Shown: positions 29,493-37,171 of the stretch, one piece after another | How positions within the stretch are numbered: the stretch's first letter is position 1 | How the letters are laid out: each line of letters begins with the position of its first letter | Virus record (IMG/VR): IMGVR_UViG_3300047472_000155 | Span: 1 to 64,000 of that record | Strand: one strand, 5' to 3' | From: a virus | Length of the DNA: 64,000 nt | The notes under the pieces: model-generated | The model's database searches: none | What the model was told of the DNA's origin: nothing | What the model saw: only the letters and a program-made list of their open reading frames with translations | Program-made: the position numbers and the translations under genes

Positions 29493-29602
29493 TGGTAGTA
29501 GGTTCAGGTCTCGACCCTGCTTCTCTTTGTCAACTTTTACACTCTCATCTAGAATTGAACATAGAGTATTGACAAGTGTTTTATCCGATAAACTAACCTA
29601 CT
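29493..29602 (-). ncRNA. tRNA-like RNA with anticodon loop replaced by an extended hairpin
   Basis: Acceptor AGTAGGT/ACCTACT plus encoded ACCA; D arm GTTT/AAAC; T arm CAGG-GTCGAGA-CCTG; ~35 extra nt in the anticodon arm. Confidence 0.7.
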
Positions 29603-29957
29603 ATAACTTTTGGTTCCTCAACGGAGAACCACTCCGATCCTTTTTTTAAGATTTAGGATGAAACTTAAAACAAGCAACAATAGGTGTGACCTACTAAGAA
29701 TGAAGAAGTGACACGCAAAGCGTTTGTCTGCATCTTTTAATCATTCTCAAACTCATAGTTAGAAGCTTGATATTAATTTTATGTTATACTTGTTAATAAA
29801 TGAGAGAGGGGAAAGGAAATCGTTTCCCTTCTGAGAGGAGGGAACCCCTCTCTCATTTCACCACCGGAATGTGATTATTGAAATAGTCATTGACTACTAT
29901 CTCAACTAAAATAAATATTATCACATTTCTTTTCTATTGTAAACACATTTTTTTAAT

Positions 29958-30031
29958 TGGCAGAGGACTTGAGACTTGAACTCAAACTAGAAGGATCAAA
30001 ACCTTCTGTGCTACCTTTACACCAATCCCCG
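29958..30031 (-). tRNA. tRNA-Gln(TTG)
   Basis: GAAGG-TTTTGAT-CCTTC; encoded CCA. Confidence 0.9.
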
Positions 30032-30039
30032 ATATTAAG

Positions 30040-30115
30040 CGCCCCAAGTTGGACTGGAACCAACAAGCTCTCCCCGCTAATGGGAAGCGACTTTACCATC
30101 TTTGTCTATTGAGGC
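30040..30115 (-). tRNA. Atypical tRNA, undetermined anticodon (8-nt loop CATTAGCG)
   Basis: Acceptor GCCTCAA/TTGGGGC, D and T stems intact; T loop TTCCAGT; stem CTTCC/GGGAG. Confidence 0.6.
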
Positions 30116-30117
30116 GA

Positions 30118-30194
30118 TGGCTCAGACTATTGGACTTGCACCAATGTCATCTCCTCATGCGGGAGATTATTCTAGCTAGTTGAACTAAGTCTGA
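30118..30194 (-). tRNA. Atypical tRNA with 6-bp anticodon stem and CAT-centred loop
   Basis: Acceptor TCAGACT/AGTCTGA plus GCCA; ATCTCC-CGCATGA-GGAGAT; T loop TGCAAGT. Confidence 0.6.
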
Positions 30195-30198
30195 AAAG

Positions 30199-30270
30199 CT
30201 TACTCGATGGGAATCGGACCCATGACAACGTACTTAACAGGTACGCGCTCTACCATTGAGCTACGAGCAA
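30199..30270 (-). tRNA. tRNA-Asn(GTT)
   Basis: CGTAC-CTGTTAA-GTACG; G73. Confidence 0.9.
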
Positions 30271-30281
30271 GATAATAAAAA

Positions 30282-30353
30282 CAGAGAAGGTAGGATTCGA
30301 ACCTACGGTGCATCGGGTAACAACCGAACGCCTTACCACTTGGCTACAACTCT
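30282..30353 (-). tRNA. tRNA-Asn(GTT), second divergent copy
   Basis: TTCGG-TTGTTAC-CCGAT; two T-T mismatches in the acceptor stem. Confidence 0.7.
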
Positions 30354-30362
30354 ATAATACAA

Positions 30363-30452
30363 AGGAGATGACAGGATTCGAACCTGCACATCGGTTCATC
30401 ACCGACTTAAACGCTTTTCAAGAGCGTCCCAATACCGTTCTGACACATCTCC
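30363..30452 (-). tRNA. tRNA-Ser(TGA)
   Basis: ACGCT-CTTGAAA-AGCGT; long variable arm. Confidence 0.9.
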
Positions 30453-30461
30453 AAAAATCTA

Positions 30462-30546
30462 AGGAAGGTAAGGGAATCGAACCCTTGTAGCCGTTAAGCC
30501 AGCCTTGGTTTAGCAAACCAGCACATTACCACTCTGTCAACCTTCC
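30462..30546 (-). tRNA. tRNA-Ser(GCT)
   Basis: CTGGT-TTGCTAA-ACCAA; long variable arm. Confidence 0.9.
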
Positions 30547-30558
30547 ATTTAATTCATA

Positions 30559-30717
30559 TTAAATTTCCAACAATTCTTCAATTCTATTTGACACTTTTTT
30601 AATTCTTTCCTTATTTTCCGAATTATTAAAATTAGTATCGCTAATAATCAATTGCAAAAGATTACTTTGGTAATCTAAAAGCTGAGTTATTGTCTTATTT
30701 TTTTCATAAAAGTCCAT
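30559..30717 (-). CDS. Small hypothetical protein (52 aa)
   Basis: Below track cutoff; MDFYEKNKTITQLLDYQSNLL...; RBS AGGAGA. Confidence 0.55.
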   Translation of the reverse strand: MDFYEKNKTITQLLDYQSNLLQLIISDTNFNNSENKERIKKVSNRIEELLEI

Positions 30718-30741
30718 TTATACATTCTCCTTTTCATAATT

Positions 30742-30987
30742 TTATTCGAATGTTAATTCCTCAATTGAACTTCTTACATTTGGATAGGTTATTTCTCCAA
30801 CACAAAATCCAAAAGGATCAATTGTAGTCCATTGAATAACGATTCCATTGTCATTAAACTCCTTGATAAACCCTTTGTTGACGAATGGATTTCTCTCTTG
30901 TGGAAACGTAAGAGTAAATGATCTTCCTTTATAAAAGTTCTCTTCTTGTTCTGAAATTTTGTTAAAAGCTTCCATCATTAAAATCAT
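30742..30987 (-). CDS. Hypothetical protein
   Basis: RBS GGGAGG; true start probably a few codons in. Confidence 0.6.
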   Translation of the reverse strand: MILMMEAFNKISEQEENFYKGRSFTLTFPQERNPFVNKGFIKEFNDNGIVIQWTTIDPFGFCVGEITYPNVRSSIEELTFE

Positions 30988-31022
30988 CCTCCCATAGATA
31001 AAACATTTATTTTATCTTATGC

Positions 31023-31244
31023 TTATGCCTCCAATTCCGCAATCAATTCTCCATAAGCACGTTTATACATTTGAAGAGAATCAACAATTTCTTCTGCTTC
31101 AAGTTGTTCTTCTTCAATAAATTCTTCATTAAGAATGTCACATACAATTGATGCGAAAGCAAAGTCAATTCCTGAAAGACTTCTATCATTTCCTGCAATC
31201 TCAAGAATTGCATCTTTAAAAGCTTGAGTGTCAAAATTTTCCAT
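31023..31244 (-). CDS. Acidic hypothetical protein
   Basis: 73 aa; RBS AAGGTG. Confidence 0.6.
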   Translation of the reverse strand: MENFDTQAFKDAILEIAGNDRSLSGIDFAFASIVCDILNEEFIEEEQLEAEEIVDSLQMYKRAYGELIAELEA

Positions 31245-31275
31245 TGAAGATCACCTTTTTCTCATTTGATTTTTA

Positions 31276-31346
31276 ACGGCAGAGTGAGAATCGAACTCAC
31301 GATTGCAACTTTGCAGGTTGCCGCCTTACCACTTGACCATCAGCCG
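31276..31346 (-). tRNA. tRNA-Cys(GCA)
   Basis: GCAAC-CTGCAAA-GTTGC; U73. Confidence 0.9.
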
Positions 31347-31400
31347 AAGTGTTTGATCTATAGTACTCATTATACCATTTTATCTTTCATTTGTCAACAG

Positions 31401-31616
31401 TTATTTTTTAACTTGCCGAAGCTTATAAAGTTTCTCTACTTGAGAATATACGGTATGATGACTTATAGAAAAATTCCATCTAGTCATTTCATTTAATATT
31501 TGTTCATCAGTAGGGTAAGCCTTAAACTCTTCCTTGCTATAAACATCAGTAAACTGTCCACTTTTCACTTCAAGTAATCTTGTTTTAATTATAAACAAAG
31601 TTTCTAAATCTTTCAA
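31401..31616 (-). CDS. Hypothetical protein
   Basis: 71 aa; RBS AAGGAG; promoter at 31642-31670. Confidence 0.6.
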   Translation of the reverse strand: MKDLETLFIIKTRLLEVKSGQFTDVYSKEEFKAYPTDEQILNEMTRWNFSISHHTVYSQVEKLYKLRQVKK

Positions 31617-31779
31617 TTCATCATCTCCTTAACATGTTGCTATTGTAACACTTTATCTTCCATTTGTCAAGTATTATTTGAGGAGGGTTGATTATTCGTC
31701 AATCCTCCTCCTTGGTCGGTGCGCGGATTGCGGACATGATACATGCGTTCCTTACAAAATACATCATATCATATTATGA

Positions 31780-32280
31780 TTAAATTGTCAATAGTTTTAC
31801 ACAATTATCTTTTAAACTCTCACGAACATCAATTATTCTTTGATTTTTACTTCCTCTAAATAGAAGTGTTGTGTCTTTTTCTTCTATTATAAATCTACCA
31901 TCAATAAGTACATCACACATCACAAGTAGCTCTTTCAAATTCTTGTTCTTTACAATTTCTTCGTACGTATATCCACTATACGCCCAAACATTTACATTTG
32001 GTATATGATATTTGCAAAGTTTTAAGAATAATACAACCTCTCTAACAGAAAAGAATGGATCGCCACCACACAGAGTTATTCCGTCAATTAAAGGATTATT
32101 TTTGATATCATCAATAATCTCTAATTGTCTATTGTAAGTAAATTCTTCACCATACTTGAAATCCCAAGCTGCTTCATTGAAACAACCTGGGCAAGCATGT
32201 TTACATCCACTTATAAATAATACAGAACGTAATCCGTGTCCTTCATTAATACTCTCTTTATAATATCCTGAAAGGTACAC
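31780..32280 (-). CDS. nrdG: Anaerobic ribonucleotide reductase activase (radical SAM)
   Basis: GCKHACPGCFN, GITLCGGDP, FRGSKNQR; start re-called at GTG 32280 behind RBS AGGAGA. Confidence 0.95.
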   Translation of the reverse strand: MYLSGYYKESINEGHGLRSVLFISGCKHACPGCFNEAAWDFKYGEEFTYNRQLEIIDDIKNNPLIDGITLCGGDPFFSVREVVLFLKLCKYHIPNVNVWAYSGYTYEEIVKNKNLKELLVMCDVLIDGRFIIEEKDTTLLFRGSKNQRIIDVRESLKDNCVKLLTI

Positions 32281-32296
32281 AAATTCATCTCCTAAT

Positions 32297-34159
32297 TTAA
32301 TTTGTTGAGTGTTTGACTCTATCTCTTTCTTCTGCACGTTTTCCAGAATTGAACCTAGTAAGCAGATTGCCAACCAGATAGCCTGTGATGCGTCTAATTT
32401 TGACGATACGACCACCTGACTCTAACTCTCCACACTGTGGACACGACTCCCCTATGACTCCGTCATAGCCGCAGGAATTGCACTTGTCAATTGGATGGTT
32501 AATGCTGAAATACCCTACATTATTTTTTAATGCAAATTGAACAATTTTTTTAAATGCATCTGGATTGTTTTTCATATTTCCATCAACTTCTACATAACAT
32601 ATATGTCCTGCGTTTGTGAGTTCATGGAAAGGAGCTTCTAATTCTATTTTCTTATGCGCTTGTATTTGATAGTATACAGGAATATGATTAGAATTTGTAA
32701 TATATTCTCTATCAGTTACTCCATCAATAATTCCATACTCTTTCTGATTCATTTTAGCAAACTTACCAGCTAACGACTCCGCAGGAGTTGCAAACAACGT
32801 AATGTTTGAATCTAAATCTTCTGACCACGTGTCACAAAAATCACGCATAAACTTGATGATATCATATCCAATTTTCCAAGCTTCTTCATCTTCTCCGTGA
32901 TGCTTTCCTACAAGCGCCTTAAGGCACTCTGCAAGACCAACAAAGCCAATAGACAAACTACCATGCTTTAATATATCTCCAACTTTCTCTTCTGGATCAA
33001 GCTTTTCTCCATCCATCCATGTCCCATTAGCCATCATAAAATCACTTGCTTTTGCAGGCTGATTTTTTTGAATTCTATATCTATGAACAAGTCCTTCAAG
33101 ACATATCAACATAACTTCTTCAAGCTTATTATAGAAATACTCAATGTCACCCTTAGATTCAATCCCAATCTTTGGTAAATTAATGCTATTAAAACTAAGA
33201 TTTCCCCTACCTGACTGATGGTTGTCACCATGTCTATTTGAAATTACTCTTGTACGACATCCCATTGTGCCAATAATTGTGTCAGGGTCTTCTTCTTTGT
33301 AGTATTGAAGATTGTATGTTGCATCAACATTTACAAAGTTAGGGAACAAACGTTTGCTTGAACATTCTACAGCTTTCTGGAATAAATCGTAATTTACTTC
33401 TCCTTCGTTCTGATTAATTCCTTGCTTGCATTGAAAAATCAATTGAGGGAATATTGCCGTTTCACCATGACCCAATCCATTGATTGAAGCTTGTAGAATT
33501 GACTCACTAACAAGTCTTCCTTCCCATGATGTACACACACCAAAACAAATACTTGAGAATGGAACCTGTCCACCTGCACGTGAAGCCATTGTGTTGAGAT
33601 TGTGAATCATACTTTCCGCAGCTTGAAGTGTTTCATTTTTCGTTTCTTTCATAGCAAATAACTCCGCACTTGCATGAGTACCTTTGAAATATTCAAGACC
33701 TTTTTTGTAATGTTTGTTGTACGATTTCTTAACATATGGAGCCAAATCCCAATCAATCTTACTTGCACCACATCCACCATATTGTGAGTTTTGTTGTGCT
33801 TGAAATATAATTGCCACTTGTGCCATTGCTGTAGAAATACTGTTTGGGGTACGAACACTACCTTTATCCCCTACTGTAAAGCCACTTGCCAATATTTTTT
33901 CGAAAGGTATAAAGATACAATTATGCGTTCCAAGTGCATAAAAATCTAAATCATGAATATGCATATATCCCTGCTTCATATATTCCATAATAAATTCTGG
34001 AATAATATATTTCATTGCATACTCTTTACACGCTTCGCTTCCCATTTTTCCCATTTTACCGCTAAATGATTCGCCATTAACATTCGCATTCTCTCTAATA
34101 ATATCAAGATTTTGAGTGTCAATAACATCTTTGCCAAGTTTCAAAAATGTGTCTGTCAT
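32297..34159 (-). CDS. nrdD: Class III anaerobic ribonucleoside-triphosphate reductase
   Basis: HIHDLD, MGCRT, TPAESL, CxxC...CxxC and glycyl-radical RRITGYL; start re-called at ATG 34159. Confidence 0.95.
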   Translation of the reverse strand: MTDTFLKLGKDVIDTQNLDIIRENANVNGESFSGKMGKMGSEACKEYAMKYIIPEFIMEYMKQGYMHIHDLDFYALGTHNCIFIPFEKILASGFTVGDKGSVRTPNSISTAMAQVAIIFQAQQNSQYGGCGASKIDWDLAPYVKKSYNKHYKKGLEYFKGTHASAELFAMKETKNETLQAAESMIHNLNTMASRAGGQVPFSSICFGVCTSWEGRLVSESILQASINGLGHGETAIFPQLIFQCKQGINQNEGEVNYDLFQKAVECSSKRLFPNFVNVDATYNLQYYKEEDPDTIIGTMGCRTRVISNRHGDNHQSGRGNLSFNSINLPKIGIESKGDIEYFYNKLEEVMLICLEGLVHRYRIQKNQPAKASDFMMANGTWMDGEKLDPEEKVGDILKHGSLSIGFVGLAECLKALVGKHHGEDEEAWKIGYDIIKFMRDFCDTWSEDLDSNITLFATPAESLAGKFAKMNQKEYGIIDGVTDREYITNSNHIPVYYQIQAHKKIELEAPFHELTNAGHICYVEVDGNMKNNPDAFKKIVQFALKNNVGYFSINHPIDKCNSCGYDGVIGESCPQCGELESGGRIVKIRRITGYLVGNLLTRFNSGKRAEERDRVKHSTN

Positions 34160-34218
34160 GTGAATCTCTCCTTTAAATAAGTATTCCCCCATCCTTATAT
34201 AAGGTGGGGGAATCTCAA

Positions 34219-34290
34219 AGCGGATAACGAGACTCGAACTCGCAACCTTTTGGGTGGAAGCCAAACGCTCTACCATTGAGCTATATCCGC
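34219..34290 (-). tRNA. tRNA-Gly(TCC)
   Basis: TTTGG-CTTCCAC-CCAAA; GCG/CGC acceptor, U73. Confidence 0.92.
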
Positions 34291-34326
34291 ATATGAAAGC
34301 CCTAATTAAAGGGCTATTTGTATTTA

Positions 34327-34677
34327 TTATTCATTACCTTTTATTCCATAAGCTTTATGAATTGCAATATTTATTACTCTTTGTGCCTTCATAAGATAAT
34401 GATCTACTCTCGCACCTTCATTATCACCATACATAAGACGCATAAGTAAATACAACTCTGGATAACATGATCTCCAATTCCATTTCTCAATTTCTAGATA
34501 CCTATATTCATATCCAAAATATTCCTTAGCTAATTCAATTTCACTAGTAGTTAAAGTCATATTTTTTTTGATATGATCATAAGAATGATTTAATATTGTT
34601 TCAATTTCATTTTGATACGCCTTAAAACGCTTTTGATCTTCAATCATTAAACGTCCAATATCAAACAGTTCAATCAT
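34327..34677 (-). CDS. Hypothetical protein
   Basis: 116 aa; frame stays open ~46 codons upstream with no canonical start, so the N-terminus is uncertain. Confidence 0.55.
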   Translation of the reverse strand: MIELFDIGRLMIEDQKRFKAYQNEIETILNHSYDHIKKNMTLTTSEIELAKEYFGYEYRYLEIEKWNWRSCYPELYLLMRLMYGDNEGARVDHYLMKAQRVINIAIHKAYGIKGNE

Positions 34678-34832
34678 TATATCTTTTCTAATTTTTCCCA
34701 GCGCTTCCCACTCATTGTCTCCGTAATGCTTAAAATAGCTTACCTCTACACTCTCACTCTTCCTCTTTAATCTGATTAAAGGACGTTTATTTTTTACGTA
34801 GATAACATCCTCATCTCACTAAAAACTACGTA

Positions 34833-34906
34833 TTGCTGCGCCTTAGAATCGAACTAAGTTAACAAGGCTTATGAGACCTCACCGGATATCCAACCCGCCG
34901 CCAGCT
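34833..34906 (-). tRNA. tRNA-Met(CAT), initiator-like
   Basis: GAGGT-CTCATAA-GCCTT; unpaired first position and bulged acceptor stem. Confidence 0.7.
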
Positions 34907-34913
34907 ATAAGTA

Positions 34914-34985
34914 TAGGGATAAGGAGAATCGAACTCCTGTCTAGTCCTTATCAGAGACTAATAATAACCACTATAAGATATCCCA
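34914..34985 (-). tRNA. tRNA-Ile(GAT)
   Basis: AGTCT-CTGATAA-GGACT. Confidence 0.85.
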
Positions 34986-34990
34986 TCATT

Positions 34991-35078
34991 TGGTGGCAAG
35001 GGATGGAATTTAACCACCTAAGATTGTAAATCACTCCCGTTACATGGGAGCGCGACTCATCATCTTCGCCGCCTTGCC
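34991..35078 (-). tRNA. tRNA-Tyr(GTA), second divergent copy
   Basis: CTCCC-ATGTAAC-GGGAG; variable arm; T loop TTAAATT; encoded CCA. Confidence 0.75.
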
Positions 35079-35087
35079 ATATTATAA

Positions 35088-35327
35088 TTAACTTTCTATT
35101 ACTTTCCAATCTTCAAGTTTAAGGTCTTCATCAATCAACAGAAACATTGGCATGTCGTTATTAGTAAACTCAACGATTATCAATTTTCCTTTTTCATATT
35201 CTGGACATTTGTTAGGATCATTGTACGTTTCCTCTGCAAGACATACACGATACTTACCACCATAACTTAGCGAATCACCAATATACTCGATTCTCATTCC
35301 TTCTTTTACATTAGAAACGTTCAACAT
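35088..35327 (-). CDS. Hypothetical protein
   Basis: 79 aa; RBS AGGAGA. Confidence 0.6.
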   Translation of the reverse strand: MLNVSNVKEGMRIEYIGDSLSYGGKYRVCLAEETYNDPNKCPEYEKGKLIIVEFTNNDMPMFLLIDEDLKLEDWKVIES

Positions 35328-35347
35328 GTTATGATCTCTCCTAAAGA

Positions 35348-35623
35348 TTAAATTGAAACTACACCTTCATCGTATCCAAATAAATAATACTCGCTACCGT
35401 TTGAAGTAAAATCAAGACGATAGTCACCTTGGCGATAACTAAATTCAATTTCTCCAAACCCATCAAGAATAAATTCTTCTGTGTTTATTGCTTGTTGATC
35501 TAAATCGTCTACACGTAAAATTGTTGTATTATTTCTTAAATCAGTAATCAAGTAGTATGTCTGTGGATTTGATGCAAAGAATCCTTCTAAAGCTTGCAAC
35601 AATGTAATGTCTTGATCCATCAT
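35348..35623 (-). CDS. Acidic hypothetical protein
   Basis: 91 aa; RBS GGAGGT. Confidence 0.6.
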   Translation of the reverse strand: MMDQDITLLQALEGFFASNPQTYYLITDLRNNTTILRVDDLDQQAINTEEFILDGFGEIEFSYRQGDYRLDFTSNGSEYYLFGYDEGVVSI

Positions 35624-35631
35624 TTTACCTC

Positions 35632-35850
35632 CTAAAGTTTTTGTCTTCGTAAACTCTCAACAGAACAGTATTCTTCGTATTCTTCTTCGCCAATATTTAC
35701 AACAACCATAATGTCAACACTTCCATTTTCATTGTATGTTGCATTTGAAATGTACACATTTTCTGGCTTTAACTTTAAACCATTCTCATTGGCATTGATC
35801 TTTTTCAAGATTGTTTCTTTGTCAATGAAAACTTTAACATGTCTTAACAT
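35632..35850 (-). CDS. Hypothetical protein
   Basis: 72 aa; RBS AGGAGGT. Confidence 0.6.
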   Translation of the reverse strand: MLRHVKVFIDKETILKKINANENGLKLKPENVYISNATYNENGSVDIMVVVNIGEEEYEEYCSVESLRRQKL

Positions 35851-35880
35851 GATTTACCTCCTTTTATTATTAAAGAGATT

Positions 35881-35979
35881 AGGTGACGGAAGGAATTGAA
35901 CCTCCAAACTACTCTACCTGAGTTGTTAGCGGATTTGAACCGCCGTGTTCGTGTGCACCGAACTGCAACCAGCATCACC
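35881..35979 (-). tRNA. Atypical 99-nt tRNA (CAA loop, enlarged D region and variable arm)
   Basis: Acceptor GGTGATG/CGTCACC, U73; GGCGG-TTCAAAT-CCGCT; T arm GGAGG-TTCAATT-CCTTC. Confidence 0.65.
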
Positions 35980-35985
35980 ATGATA

Positions 35986-36059
35986 TGCGTCAGACAGGAC
36001 TCGAACCTGCAAGATTTGCGTTCTTAGCGCAAAATGTTTGCCAATTACATCACTGACGC
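35986..36059 (-). tRNA. tRNA-Leu(AAG), short variable loop
   Basis: TTGCG-CTAAGAA-CGCAA; A73. Confidence 0.8.
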
Positions 36060-36091
36060 AAAATGTAGTCTTTCGACTACTAAAATTCATT

Positions 36092-36661
36092 TTATCTTAC
36101 ATTTGCATAACTTATAAAGTTTCTAATTTTTGAAATTGTAGTAGTACCAACACCATACTCTTTTGCCAAAGATATTCCTGTTTTCATTGAATTTCTGATG
36201 TATCTAATATCTTCTTCTGAGAACATTTTATTATGATCAGCGTCACTTTTTCTTTCTAATGATTGATAATCTATATCAGACAATATATGTTTCCATTTTT
36301 TGCCACTCCAAATATTCTTTATAGTACCTCTATCTACTCCAAATATTTTTGAAAGCTCTGTTGGAGAATTTGTAGTATTCATTCTTATACTTATTACACT
36401 TTCTTCGTCAAGCTTCGATCTTCCATTATTTATACCAATTGCACTTCTTCCTCTAGAAACTCTATCCATAACATTGTCTTGATGTGTACCAGTTTCTAGA
36501 TGATTTGGATTAATGCAGAATGAATTGTCGCACTTGTGACGAATTACAAGACCATCTTCTATCTTGTTGCCACTAAATAATTCATATATATACCTATGCA
36601 TTATTAATTGGACACCATTTCTCTCTACTTTGTAACCATGTCTCTTTTTTGCATGAGACAC
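36092..36661 (-). CDS. HNH homing endonuclease with C-terminal HTH repeats
   Basis: HRYIYE, IRHKCDNSFCINPNHLETGTHQDN, GINNGRSKL. Confidence 0.9.
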   Translation of the reverse strand: MSHAKKRHGYKVERNGVQLIMHRYIYELFSGNKIEDGLVIRHKCDNSFCINPNHLETGTHQDNVMDRVSRGRSAIGINNGRSKLDEESVISIRMNTTNSPTELSKIFGVDRGTIKNIWSGKKWKHILSDIDYQSLERKSDADHNKMFSEEDIRYIRNSMKTGISLAKEYGVGTTTISKIRNFISYANVR

Positions 36662-36822
36662 ACAAACCCAACATTCATTTTCAACTTCATATTCAATCTT
36701 TCTTGCTCTTGGAGATAGTCTTTAATAGTAAATATTTCTTTCACATAACTTTTCCTCTCTAAAAATTGATTAATAGAGAATTTTTGTTGGGAGTTTACCC
36801 CAATCATGCGTGAAAAATTCTA

Positions 36823-36904
36823 TACTGGCGAGGAGACTCGAACTCCCAATCCCGAAGGCTGCGCATTTTAAGTGCGCAATGTATGCCAATTCCATCACAC
36901 CAGC
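36823..36904 (-). tRNA. tRNA-Leu(TAA)
   Basis: GCGCA-CTTAAAA-TGCGC; variable arm. Confidence 0.9.
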
Positions 36905-36910
36905 AAAATA

Positions 36911-36988
36911 TCTGAACGGCTGGATTTGAACCAGCGTAAGCTCCTCCTTCCAAGGGAGGCGAGATAAGCCAAACTCCTCTACGTCCAG
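36911..36988 (-). tRNA. tRNA-Pro(TGG)
   Basis: CCTCC-CTTGGAA-GGAGG. Confidence 0.9.
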
Positions 36989-37044
36989 TTAATAAAAAGT
37001 GTACGTTACTTTTCGATTTGTTGTTTACGTACAAACAGTCCCAA

Positions 37045-37115
37045 TAGCGTGTACGGGGATCGAACCCGTGATACCGTATAGAAAGTACGGAGTCTTACCA
37101 CTTGACCAACACGCC
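37045..37115 (-). tRNA. tRNA-Glu(TTC)
   Basis: CCGTA-CTTTCTA-TACGG. Confidence 0.9.
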
Positions 37116-37171
37116 ATATTGAATAGGTTTTTTCTTCGAAAGGGAAAACCATCTAACCCTTGCACAGCGCT

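Noticed and set aside
30040-30115. Ochre suppressor tRNA (TTA) implying stop-codon recoding
   Set aside because: The loop is 8 nt without U33, and TAA, TAG and TGA all end genes normally in this window.
34160-34276. N-terminal extension of NrdD in the ORF track (likewise NrdG 32281-32415)
   Set aside because: Overlaps tRNA-Gly (or the nrdD 3' end); RBS-backed starts lie downstream.
35881-35979. Selenocysteine tRNA(TCA)
   Set aside because: Centring TCA breaks the anticodon stem; the acceptor is 7 bp with U73 rather than 8 bp with G73; no sel genes seen.
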